Assembly: GCA_963749705.1 (NCBI GenBank)
Contig: CAVVNQ010000015.1
Coordinates: 224,001-288,000 of the forward strand
Direction: 5' to 3'
Source: an uncultured Chloroflexia bacterium
GTDB lineage: Bacteria; Chloroflexota; Limnocylindria; Limnocylindrales; CSP1-4
DNA length: 64,000 nt
Positions 24,089 to 32,200 of this stretch are shown here, piece after piece; positions within the stretch are counted from its first letter, which is position 1, and each line of letters begins with the position of its first letter. Below the pieces are notes generated by a model. That model was not told the DNA's origin and did not search any database. It saw only the letters and a program-made list of their open reading frames with translations. The translations under genes and the position numbers were made by a program.

Positions 24089-24469
24089 TCAGCGATGCCC
24101 GTGTTCGCGGGCCAGCTCCTGCAGCCGCGCGTCGGAGATCCCGAAGTGGTGGGCAATCTCGTGATGGACGGTGTCGATCACCTTGGCGCGCATGGCCTCG
24201 GGGGTTCGGTGGTGCTGCGCGATCGTGCCCCGGAAGATCGTGATCCGCGACGGAACCGCGGCGGAGTCCGCGCCCCAGGCCGAGCGCGGCACGCCCTGGT
24301 AGATCCCATACAGTCCGGCGGCGCCAACGGAGGCGAGCTGCGCCGGCGTCGGCCAGTCCTCGACCACGATCGCGACGCTGCCCAGCCGGTCGCGGAATGC
24401 CGCGGGCAGGGCGTCGATCGCCTCGGCCACCCAGGTCTCGAACGTCTCGTCGTCGATCGGCTCGTGCAT
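24089..24469 (-). CDS. Zincin-like metallopeptidase family protein (DUF1025 type)
   Basis: YGIYQGVP, ITIFR, HEIAHHFG. Confidence 0.88.
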   Translation of the reverse strand: MHEPIDDETFETWVAEAIDALPAAFRDRLGSVAIVVEDWPTPAQLASVGAAGLYGIYQGVPRSAWGADSAAVPSRITIFRGTIAQHHRTPEAMRAKVIDTVHHEIAHHFGISDARLQELAREHGHR

Positions 24470-24524
24470 GTCGTGTGGGGAGGGTATCCCGACCGGTGGA
24501 GCCGCGACGCACGGGAGCCTGGCG

Positions 24525-25286
24525 TCAGCTGGTGGACACGGCCTTGAGCCCCGGCCTTGTCGTCGCGACGCGGGCGCTCCAGGGGACGCCCAGCCTGGGC
24601 AGCAGGTAGCGGTCCACCCCGTAGTAGCCGGCGACACGCCAGCCCAGGATCAGCCCGATGGCCAGGGCGAACATGACCGGGTTGACCGATGTCGAACCCG
24701 CCAGCAGGTAGGACATGTTCATGGTGGTGCCGAAGAAGGCCGCGATCCCGACCAGGGCGCCGGTCAGCAGGGCGATGCCGACGGCGAGCTCACCCAGGGC
24801 GATCAGCCAGCCGAACCAGCTCTGGGCCTGGATGTCGATCAGGAACTGGAGAAACGAGCGGTACCAGTCGAAGGTGATCGGGGCCGAGCCCTGTGCCGGC
24901 ACCTTGACCGCGTTCTGCCAGTAGCCGAGCAACGATGCGCCGCCGTCCGTCCAGCCGGTACCCGAGAGCTTGTGCCAGCCCGCGACGGCCCACTCGAAGC
25001 CCAGGAAGATCCGGATCGGCAGCCAGAACAGGCCCGCCCGAGTGTTGCTGAACAGGTAGCGGGTGAACGCCGGTCCCTCGACCTCGACAACCTCGGCGCC
25101 GGGCGACCTGCGGTCCTCGAACATCAGGACCACAACGACGACCGTGAGCACCCAGAACAGAATCGTCGCGACGGTCAGCGCCGTGGACCCCTGGGCGGGG
25201 TAGAACCACGGGTTCTCCATATAGACCAGGATCACCGCCGCGATCAGCGCGAGGGGCGTGACAAGGGACCGGTAACGAGCAAGCAC
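24525..25286 (-). CDS. DoxX/DoxD-family membrane protein
   Basis: GGAGG RBS; RIFLGFEWAVAGWHK, GELAVGIAL, MNMSYLLAGSTSVNP, GYYGVDR. Confidence 0.88.
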   Translation of the reverse strand: MLARYRSLVTPLALIAAVILVYMENPWFYPAQGSTALTVATILFWVLTVVVVVLMFEDRRSPGAEVVEVEGPAFTRYLFSNTRAGLFWLPIRIFLGFEWAVAGWHKLSGTGWTDGGASLLGYWQNAVKVPAQGSAPITFDWYRSFLQFLIDIQAQSWFGWLIALGELAVGIALLTGALVGIAAFFGTTMNMSYLLAGSTSVNPVMFALAIGLILGWRVAGYYGVDRYLLPRLGVPWSARVATTRPGLKAVSTS

Positions 25287-25456
25287 GGCAACCTCCCGGC
25301 GCCGCCCGGGTCCGTGGTCCGGTGATCACGGGCGGGCGACGATCGAGTGGCCATCCCGAGAGTAGGGGACGAGACCGCGGAACCCGCGTCGACGATGGTG
25401 GGGTCCCGCAATGCCCGCGGGGCGGTGCCCTTTGACGGGATGATGCGCAGCCGCAC

Positions 25457-25473
25457 GTGAGAAGCCGCTGAGA
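25457..25473 (-). promoter_or_regulatory. Candidate OmpR-family binding box TCTCAG-N5-TCTCAC upstream of the doxX-like gene
   Basis: Hexamer direct repeat at 11-bp period, 11 nt before a -10-like CATCAT (25445-25440). Confidence 0.45.
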
Positions 25474-25510
25474 TGGCGCGGCAGCACGGACCGGGCACCG
25501 GGTGAGGTCG

Positions 25511-25534
25511 GCGTAGAGCCGGCATAGAGCGCGG
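25511..25534 (+). promoter_or_regulatory. Candidate SARP operator 1 (TAGAGC-N5-TAGAGC)
   Basis: GCGTAGAGCCGGCATAGAGCGCGG, 21/24 identical to the box at 30282-30305 (-). Confidence 0.65.
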
Positions 25535-25615
25535 ATCGGGATCGTGCGCCGCGGGCTTCCACTACGGGCGCCGCGTCCAAGTGAGATAGGTCCGCGAAGC
25601 AGGAGCCGAGCTTCC

Positions 25616-26482
25616 ATGACGTTCCGATCCCGCATGCGTCGCACCTGGGCGATCGCCGTGACCATCCCGCTCGTCCTGTCTGCCGTTGCTGCCTGTTCCG
25701 GGTCGACGGCAGCCACGAGCGATGCAGCCAATCCGCCGAGTGCCACCCCGGCGGCAACGCCGGTCGCGACGGCGAGCCTGCCGGCGACGGCAAGCCCGCC
25801 GGCGTCGGCAGCGCCGTCCGAGGCGGCGTCCCCGCTGACCGTGACCTCCTCACTCGCGGACGGACCGCTCGCGCGCGCCGTCGAGTGGACTGCGCGCGTT
25901 TCCGGACCCACCGACGTGGCGATCGACCGTGTCGAATTCCTGCTCGACGGGAAGGTGGCCTGGACCGAGCACAACCCGCCGTACACGTTCAACGACGACG
26001 GCAACGTGCTCATGCCGTGGGCGCTCGAGCCTGGGACGCACCAGCTCGCGATCAACGTCGTCACGGCCTCGGGTGTCGCCACTTCGGCCCCGGTCACGGT
26101 GACCACGGACCGTCCGCCGGTGCCCGAGGCGCTTCTCGACCAGCGGTTCGTGCGGACCGTGCCGGCGAGCGCGACGGGACCCGTCGGCGACTGGCACCTG
26201 AAATTCGCGGCGGACGGCGTGATCACCTTGACCGACCCATGGGGCGGAGGTGTGACCGAGGGATTCCAGGCCGCTGCGGACGGGACAATGTCCCTGTACG
26301 GGCCGGCGAACTGGGTTGCGCCGGCCTCCCTCCGCGGCAGCATCTGCGACTACGCGGAGGGCGCGGTCGCAATGGGCTGGCAGGTCAAGGGCTCCGAGCT
26401 GACGCTGTCCTCCGGCGATCGCCCCGACCCGTGTCCGGATCGCGCATTCCTGTTCGTCGGCACCTGGACGGTCAGCCCCTGA
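25616..26482 (+). CDS. Hypothetical lipoprotein with Ig-like domain
   Basis: AGGAG RBS, lipobox VAAC, Ala/Pro/Ser linker, VEFLLDG...EHNPPYTF. Confidence 0.75.
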   Translation: MTFRSRMRRTWAIAVTIPLVLSAVAACSGSTAATSDAANPPSATPAATPVATASLPATASPPASAAPSEAASPLTVTSSLADGPLARAVEWTARVSGPTDVAIDRVEFLLDGKVAWTEHNPPYTFNDDGNVLMPWALEPGTHQLAINVVTASGVATSAPVTVTTDRPPVPEALLDQRFVRTVPASATGPVGDWHLKFAADGVITLTDPWGGGVTEGFQAAADGTMSLYGPANWVAPASLRGSICDYAEGAVAMGWQVKGSELTLSSGDRPDPCPDRAFLFVGTWTVSP

Positions 26483-26557
26483 GAATCGCTTGACCGGGCG
26501 CCTCACGACGGCGACGATCCACCTTCGACCAACGGTCCTGACGCGCTGAGGGTTGCG

Positions 26558-29500
26558 ATGGACTTTCGCCTGCTCGGATCGCTCGAGGCCGTGGCCGGTG
26601 GGGTCACGGCCGACCTTGGGCCGCCCAAGCAGCGCGCCCTGCTCGCGGTCCTGTTGCTGCACGCCGGGGAGATCGTCTCCGTCGATCGGCTGATCGACGA
26701 CCTGTGGCCGGAGGCGCCGCCGCGCACGGCGGCGCACTCGATCCAGATCTACGTCTCGGAGCTGCGCAAGGCACTGTCGCGGCTCGCGCCCGGCGAGCTC
26801 ATCGTCACGCGCCAGCCGGGCTACCAGCTGCAGGCGCCCGACGATGCGATCGACACCCGCCGGTTCGAGCGGCTGGTCGAGGAGGGCCTGCAGCGCCTCC
26901 GGACGGGCGACCGGGTCGGGGGCATGGAGCGGCTTCGGGCGGCCCTGACCCTGTGGCGGGGGCCCGTCCTGTCCGACTTCGCCTACGAGGAGTTCGCCCA
27001 GCCGTACATCCGGCGGCTCACCGATCGGCATCTCGACGCGATCGAGGAGCTCGCCGCCGCGGAGCTCCTGGCCGGGCTCGTCGCCGACGCGCTTTCGCTC
27101 GTGGAGGCGGCCGTTCGCGAGGACCCGCTCCGCGAGCGGTCGCGCGAGATCCTGATGCTCGCGCTCTCCCGATCGGGTCGCCACGCCGAGGCCCTCCGGA
27201 CGTACCAGCGGCTCCGGGAGCTGCTCGACGACGAGCTCGGGCTGGATCCATCGCCGGCACTCCAGCAGCTCCAGCAGCGGATCCTGCTCCACGACCCGTC
27301 CCTCGCGCCGGCCTCGGAGGTTGCCGCGGGAACCGAGGAGCGGGCTCGAAATCCGTACAAGGGCCTGCGCGCGTTCACCGAGCAGGACGCCGCCGACTTC
27401 TTCGGCCGGGACGACCTGGCCGACCGCCTCGTCGACAGCCTGCGGGCCGGCCAACGCCTCGTCGCGCTCGTCGGCCCCTCGGGTTCGGGGAAGTCCAGCG
27501 TTCTCGCGGCCGGCCTGATCCCCAGGGTTCGCGCCGGCGCGATCGCGGGGTCTGTGCAGTGGGACGTCGTCCACGTCATCCCCGCGACCAACAACCTGGC
27601 TGAGATCGAAGCGACGGTGCGGACGCCGGCACCGCACCGACGGCTGCTCGTGCTCGACCAGTTCGAGGACCTGTTCGCCGTCGCCGACGAGCCGGCCAGA
27701 CGGCGCTTCCTCCAGACGATCTCGGCAGCGCTCCGTGACCCGGATGGAGCGGTCACGGTCGTGCTCGCCCTGCGGGCCGACTTCTACGACCGCCCGCTGC
27801 TCGATCCGGCGTTCGCCGAGATCTTCATCCCGGGCGTCATGAACGTCGTGCCCATGACGACCGACGAGCTCAAGGCGGCCGTCGCGGGCCCTGCGGAGCG
27901 TGCCGGGGTGAGCGTCGAGCCGGGGCTGCTCGCCGAGCTCGTCGCGGACACCGTGGCGCAGCCTGCGGCGCTGCCGCTGCTCCAGTTCGCCCTGACCGAG
28001 CTGTTCGACCGCGGCAACGGCGTGACGCTGACCCTGGCCGAGTACCGGGCGCTCGGCGCGCTCCACGGGATCCTGTCGCGCCGCGCCGAGGCCCTCTACG
28101 GTGGGCTCGACGCCGCCGGACGCCAGGTCGCCATGCAGGTGTTCCTGCGCCTCGTACGTCCCGGTCGGTCACCGATCGATTCGAGGCGGAGGCCATCGCT
28201 GTCGGAGCTCACAGACCTCGACGTCGACCCGGTCGCCCTGTCCGAGGTCCTCGACAGCTTCGGCCGCCACCGGCTCCTGGCCTTCGACCGCGACCCGGTC
28301 ACCGGCGACGCCACGGTCGAGGTGGCCCACGAGGCGCTGCTCCGCGAATGGGATCGCCTCGCCGGCTGGATCGATCGCCACCGCGCGGCTCTGCGGCGCC
28401 ACAGCTCGTTCGCCTCGGCCGCGGAGGAGTGGGAGGCCGCCGACCGCGACCCGGACTATCTCCTGACCGGGACACGCCTGGCGGAGTTCGAGACGACGAT
28501 CCGCGAGGGAGCGCTCCAGCTCACCGGGCGTGAGCGAGCGTTCCTCGAAGCGAGCCTGGAACGACGGCGCTCCGAGCAGGCGACTCAGACCGCGAGCGCC
28601 GCGGCCAGCCGCCGCCTGGAACGGCTTGCACGGATCCGCCTCGTGGGGCTCGGGATCGCGGTCGCGGCCGTGATCGTGCTCGGCGGGTACACCGCCCTGG
28701 GTCTCGCCACCCCGGTCCGGGCGCCCGTCTCGCTCATCTACAACGGGGACGGCGCGTGGTCGGTCGCGCTGATCGTCCAGGGCGGCTTCGATCGGGCGGT
28801 CACGGACTTCGGGCTGACCTCGCGCAAGATGTCCGTCATTTCCGGTCCGGCGGCGGACGACGCGATGCGGAGCGTGTCCCAGGGTGGCTCCGCGCTGGTG
28901 GTCGCGGCGGCCGTGGACGCCAACGTGGATTCCGTCGCGGCGGACTTCCCCGACACGCGCTACGCCGTGATCGACTTGCCCGCCGCGGAGCCCAACGTGA
29001 TCCACCTGGCGTTCGGTGACAACGAGAGCTCGTTCCTCGCCGGCGTGGTGGCGGCGAAGACGACGCGTACCGGCACGATCGGCTTCATCGGGGGCGCGGA
29101 CGGTCCCGTGATCTGGCCGTTCGCCGCGGGCTACGAGGCCGGGGCCCGGGCGGTGGACCCGTCGATCCGGATCCTGTCGGCGTACCTCGGCCGGGACGGC
29201 GACTACGAGGCCTACGTCGACCCGGCGGGCGCGTCCTCGGAGGCCATGTCGCAATTCCGCGGCGGCGCCGACGTCATCTTTGCGGCCGCGGGCGACTCGG
29301 GTGTCGGCGTGTTCAGTGCGGCGACCAGCGAATCGACAGCGCAGGGACGCCAGCTGTGGGCGATCGGCGTGGACTCGGACCAGTACGTAACCGTGGGCGA
29401 CAACCCGGTCAACGTCGGCTGGCGCGACTGGCAGCCGCACATCCTGACATCGGTCCTCAAGCGGATGGACACCGCGGTGTACGACCTGCTGGCGCAGTAC

Positions 29501-29719
29501 GCACGTGGCGATCTCGCGACCGGTACGCGGCGCCTCGGCCTCGCCGCCCATGGGGTCGACCTCTCGACCAGCGGCGGCTTCATCGATGGGCTTCGCGCCG
29601 AGATCGACACCTGGCGCGCGCGGATCGTCGCGGGGTCCGTCGCGGTGCCGTGCATCCCGGTCGGGCGCGAGGCCCAGGCTGGCGCGCTGGGCATCGACCC
29701 GACCGGGTGCGGCGGCTGA
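26558..29719 (+). CDS. SARP-family regulator fusion: wHTH-BTAD-STAND NTPase (nSTAND1-like)-TM-BMP ligand-binding domain
   Basis: FRLLGSLE/KQRALLAVLLL; ALTLWRG, DPLRE, ELGLDPS; NPYKGL, FFGR, GPSGSGKSS, LVLDQFEDLF, LPLLQFALTELF, VAHEALL; TM near 28640-28705; SFLAG, IGFIGG, ADVIFAAAG, IGVDSDQ, TSVLK. Confidence 0.9.
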   Translation: MDFRLLGSLEAVAGGVTADLGPPKQRALLAVLLLHAGEIVSVDRLIDDLWPEAPPRTAAHSIQIYVSELRKALSRLAPGELIVTRQPGYQLQAPDDAIDTRRFERLVEEGLQRLRTGDRVGGMERLRAALTLWRGPVLSDFAYEEFAQPYIRRLTDRHLDAIEELAAAELLAGLVADALSLVEAAVREDPLRERSREILMLALSRSGRHAEALRTYQRLRELLDDELGLDPSPALQQLQQRILLHDPSLAPASEVAAGTEERARNPYKGLRAFTEQDAADFFGRDDLADRLVDSLRAGQRLVALVGPSGSGKSSVLAAGLIPRVRAGAIAGSVQWDVVHVIPATNNLAEIEATVRTPAPHRRLLVLDQFEDLFAVADEPARRRFLQTISAALRDPDGAVTVVLALRADFYDRPLLDPAFAEIFIPGVMNVVPMTTDELKAAVAGPAERAGVSVEPGLLAELVADTVAQPAALPLLQFALTELFDRGNGVTLTLAEYRALGALHGILSRRAEALYGGLDAAGRQVAMQVFLRLVRPGRSPIDSRRRPSLSELTDLDVDPVALSEVLDSFGRHRLLAFDRDPVTGDATVEVAHEALLREWDRLAGWIDRHRAALRRHSSFASAAEEWEAADRDPDYLLTGTRLAEFETTIREGALQLTGRERAFLEASLERRRSEQATQTASAAASRRLERLARIRLVGLGIAVAAVIVLGGYTALGLATPVRAPVSLIYNGDGAWSVALIVQGGFDRAVTDFGLTSRKMSVISGPAADDAMRSVSQGGSALVVAAAVDANVDSVAADFPDTRYAVIDLPAAEPNVIHLAFGDNESSFLAGVVAAKTTRTGTIGFIGGADGPVIWPFAAGYEAGARAVDPSIRILSAYLGRDGDYEAYVDPAGASSEAMSQFRGGADVIFAAAGDSGVGVFSAATSESTAQGRQLWAIGVDSDQYVTVGDNPVNVGWRDWQPHILTSVLKRMDTAVYDLLAQYARGDLATGTRRLGLAAHGVDLSTSGGFIDGLRAEIDTWRARIVAGSVAVPCIPVGREAQAGALGIDPTGCGG

Positions 29720-29748
29720 CCTCGGCCCCGCCGGCGGCAATGGCTGGG

Positions 29749-30195
29749 TCAGGGAATGACGGCGATCCCGACGTAGTGATCGTCGATCCCCTCCGCGTCG
29801 CACGAGTTGGTCGGGTAATACGTCCCGACGAGGGTCCCGGCACCGTGCATGCCCGCGAGGCTGCCGGTGCCGCCCGTGACCACCCAGCTGCCTTGGTCCT
29901 GCGGGTCGCAGGGGCGGACGCTCGCATGGATGTGGACATCGAAGGACCCGCCCGCGCAGGTGAACGTCTCGTGGACGTCGAACACGAGCGCCGCGCCGCG
30001 ACCAACGACCCGTGTGTCCTGCGCCAGGGTTCCGGCGTCGCAGTCCGGCAGCCCGGTGGCCGTGAACGTTGCCGGCCCTTCGAACCCGACGTGGGCGTCG
30101 ATCGTCACCGGCGTGGCAGCCGCGCCGCGGACCGGCGACACCGCCAGCGCGAGGAGCATCGAGGCCCCGATGAGAGAAGCAGATCGCCTGCGCAT
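29749..30195 (-). CDS. Small secreted beta-rich hypothetical protein
   Basis: AGGAGG RBS, Sec signal peptide, 4 Cys, WVVTGGTGSLAGMHGAGT. Confidence 0.75.
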   Translation of the reverse strand: MRRRSASLIGASMLLALAVSPVRGAAATPVTIDAHVGFEGPATFTATGLPDCDAGTLAQDTRVVGRGAALVFDVHETFTCAGGSFDVHIHASVRPCDPQDQGSWVVTGGTGSLAGMHGAGTLVGTYYPTNSCDAEGIDDHYVGIAVIP

Positions 30196-30281
30196 CTGTG
30201 CGCCTCCTGATCGCGGGTCGTGTCGCTGGCGACACCACTCCGGGCGACCCGTTCCCGAGTGGCGCCCGCCCAGCGTCCACG

Positions 30282-30305
30282 CTGCGCTCTATCGCGGCTC
30301 TACGC
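30282..30305 (-). promoter_or_regulatory. Candidate SARP operator 2 (TAGAGC-N5-TAGAGC)
   Basis: Minus strand reads GCGTAGAGCCGCGATAGAGCGCAG, 86 nt before the ATG at 30195. Confidence 0.65.
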
Positions 30306-30369
30306 GGCCGCTTCGCTTCCTCTGCGCAACGGTGGGACGTGGCGAGGGCCCGTGGCGAGGCCTGCCGGA

Positions 30370-31931
30370 TCAGCGGTTGGTGTGCTCCGTCGCGACCGTC
30401 CCGATGCGCTCGATCCCGGCGAACACGTCCGCGTAGTCGCGTACGGTTGTCGCGATCCCGGCCGGCTCGGGAGTGGGTGCAGCCCCGGCCACCGACGGGA
30501 CCGACGGCGCGGCCGCCGCCGCGACCTCGCTCGCCACCGTCGACACGACCCCGGCCGCGCGCCCGATCCAGCGCGGGAGGAATGCCGAGTTCGGGATCGT
30601 GCCGGCATCCATGCCGCTCGTCGTCCGGCGCAGCAGCGCCTCGATCTCGGGGCGGAGCCCGAGCGCCACGCCCCATACCAGGGCCTGGTCCGGGGTCTCG
30701 AGCCACTTGAGGCCAGTCGCCGTAACGGCGTCATCGAGCGTCGCCGACGTCGCGAACGTTGCCTTGAGCGTGCGGCGATACGCGGCCAGCTGGGCCTTCA
30801 TCACGGCGCCCTCGTGCGTGCGCGAGGCCATGAACCGGGCCAGGAGCCAGGTCGCGACGCCGCCGCCCGCGATGCCCAGGCCGACCCCGTAGACGAGCCC
30901 CTGGTCCGTGGCGCCCGCGGACGCCACCACCAGGCCGGCGACGACCTCGACCGCCGCCAGCCCCTCCCACTTCCAGCGGGCGATGAACGAGAGTCCCTTG
31001 ATCCAGCCCTTGCGGCGGGCGTAGTTCTCGACGAACGTCGCGAACCCGAGCGGCGGATGGAACCGCAGCGCGCGATCGCCGGGGATGTACGGCCCGGTCG
31101 CCCCGTCGGAGCCGGAACCGGTCGCAGACGCGGGGGCACCAGCAACGCGGTGCTTGCCCAGCCACGTGGTGAGCTCCGCCATCTCCTGGGCGGACGGGGC
31201 ATGCCCGGTGACGTCCTCGACGTGCCTGGCGAACGCCTCGGGATCCGCCGTCACCGCGTCGGGGTTGGCGAGCACCTCGCGCATGAGCGCCATCATCGGC
31301 GCCTGCCTCGCCTGGGAGGTGCGCAGCGATTCCGGGACCGGCTTGCCCGCCCGGGTGAGCGCCCCGATGAGCGACGCCTGGAGATCGGGTGTCGGTCCCG
31401 AGGTCATCCCCTCGACGAGGTCGCCGGGTGCGATGCCCTCAGGGCCCTTGGCCAGCGCGGCCGCGATGAACCCCGAGAACTCGGACATGGCAACCACGGC
31501 TTCCATGGCCCGGGCGTCGCCGGCGTCGTCGGCGACGTCGATCGCGGCATACGTCTTGAGGTTGGCGAGCAGCCAGGCCTCACCCTCGCCGACGGGCCGG
31601 CGACGGTTGAGCTGGATGCGGGGAGCATCCGTGTGCGTGCCGTGGATCTCGATCCCGACCCGGTGGGCGCCCCGCGCGTCGGGCGTCTCGTCGACGGAAC
31701 GCGATCTCGTCGCGGCTGGCGAGGTCGAACAGGGCGGCCATGAACGCGGTCGTCGCCGGTCCGCCGTCCACGATCGTCGCGGTTGCGGCCGTCATCCCCT
31801 CCGGCGGCGCGGGCAGGAGGATCGAGGCGATCATCGAGATACGAGGGGTCGCGGCCGGTCGCCCGCCAGCGCACCAGGACCCAACCCACCACGACCGCGA
31901 AGGCCACCAGCCCACCGACGATCGCCTGCAT
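30370..31931 (-). CDS. DUF2207-like membrane protein, 2-3 frameshifts in the 5' part (near 31830 and 31690)
   Basis: GGAGG RBS; W..TGRDP, PPEGMTAA, ALFDLASR, MASRTHEG, WGVALGL. Confidence 0.6.
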
Positions 31932-32200
31932 CGCCACCTCCCAGCGGGACGGCTCCGGGAAGGTCGTTCGAGCTCGAGCCGACGGCCTCCGGCGTCGCTT
32001 GGCGAAGGATGCCACTCGCGCTCGCGATGCGCAGGCGGCCGCGGCTGGAACGGGATCCGCCAGGAAGATGGATGATCGACCCGACCGGGCCGATGCGCCC
32101 AATCAGGAGACGAACATGCAGCTCGGACCCGTCCCGTGGACGGCATCCTGATCCGCCGCGACGGGTGGCATCCGCCCGCGCCGGGCGCGGAGGCCAAGGC

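Noticed and set aside
13005-30706. Long antisense and alternate-frame ORFs (for example 13005-15479 -, 25850-28066 -, 28169-30706 -)
   Set aside because: Arg/Pro/Gly-rich shadow ORFs expected at high GC, overlapping well-supported genes.
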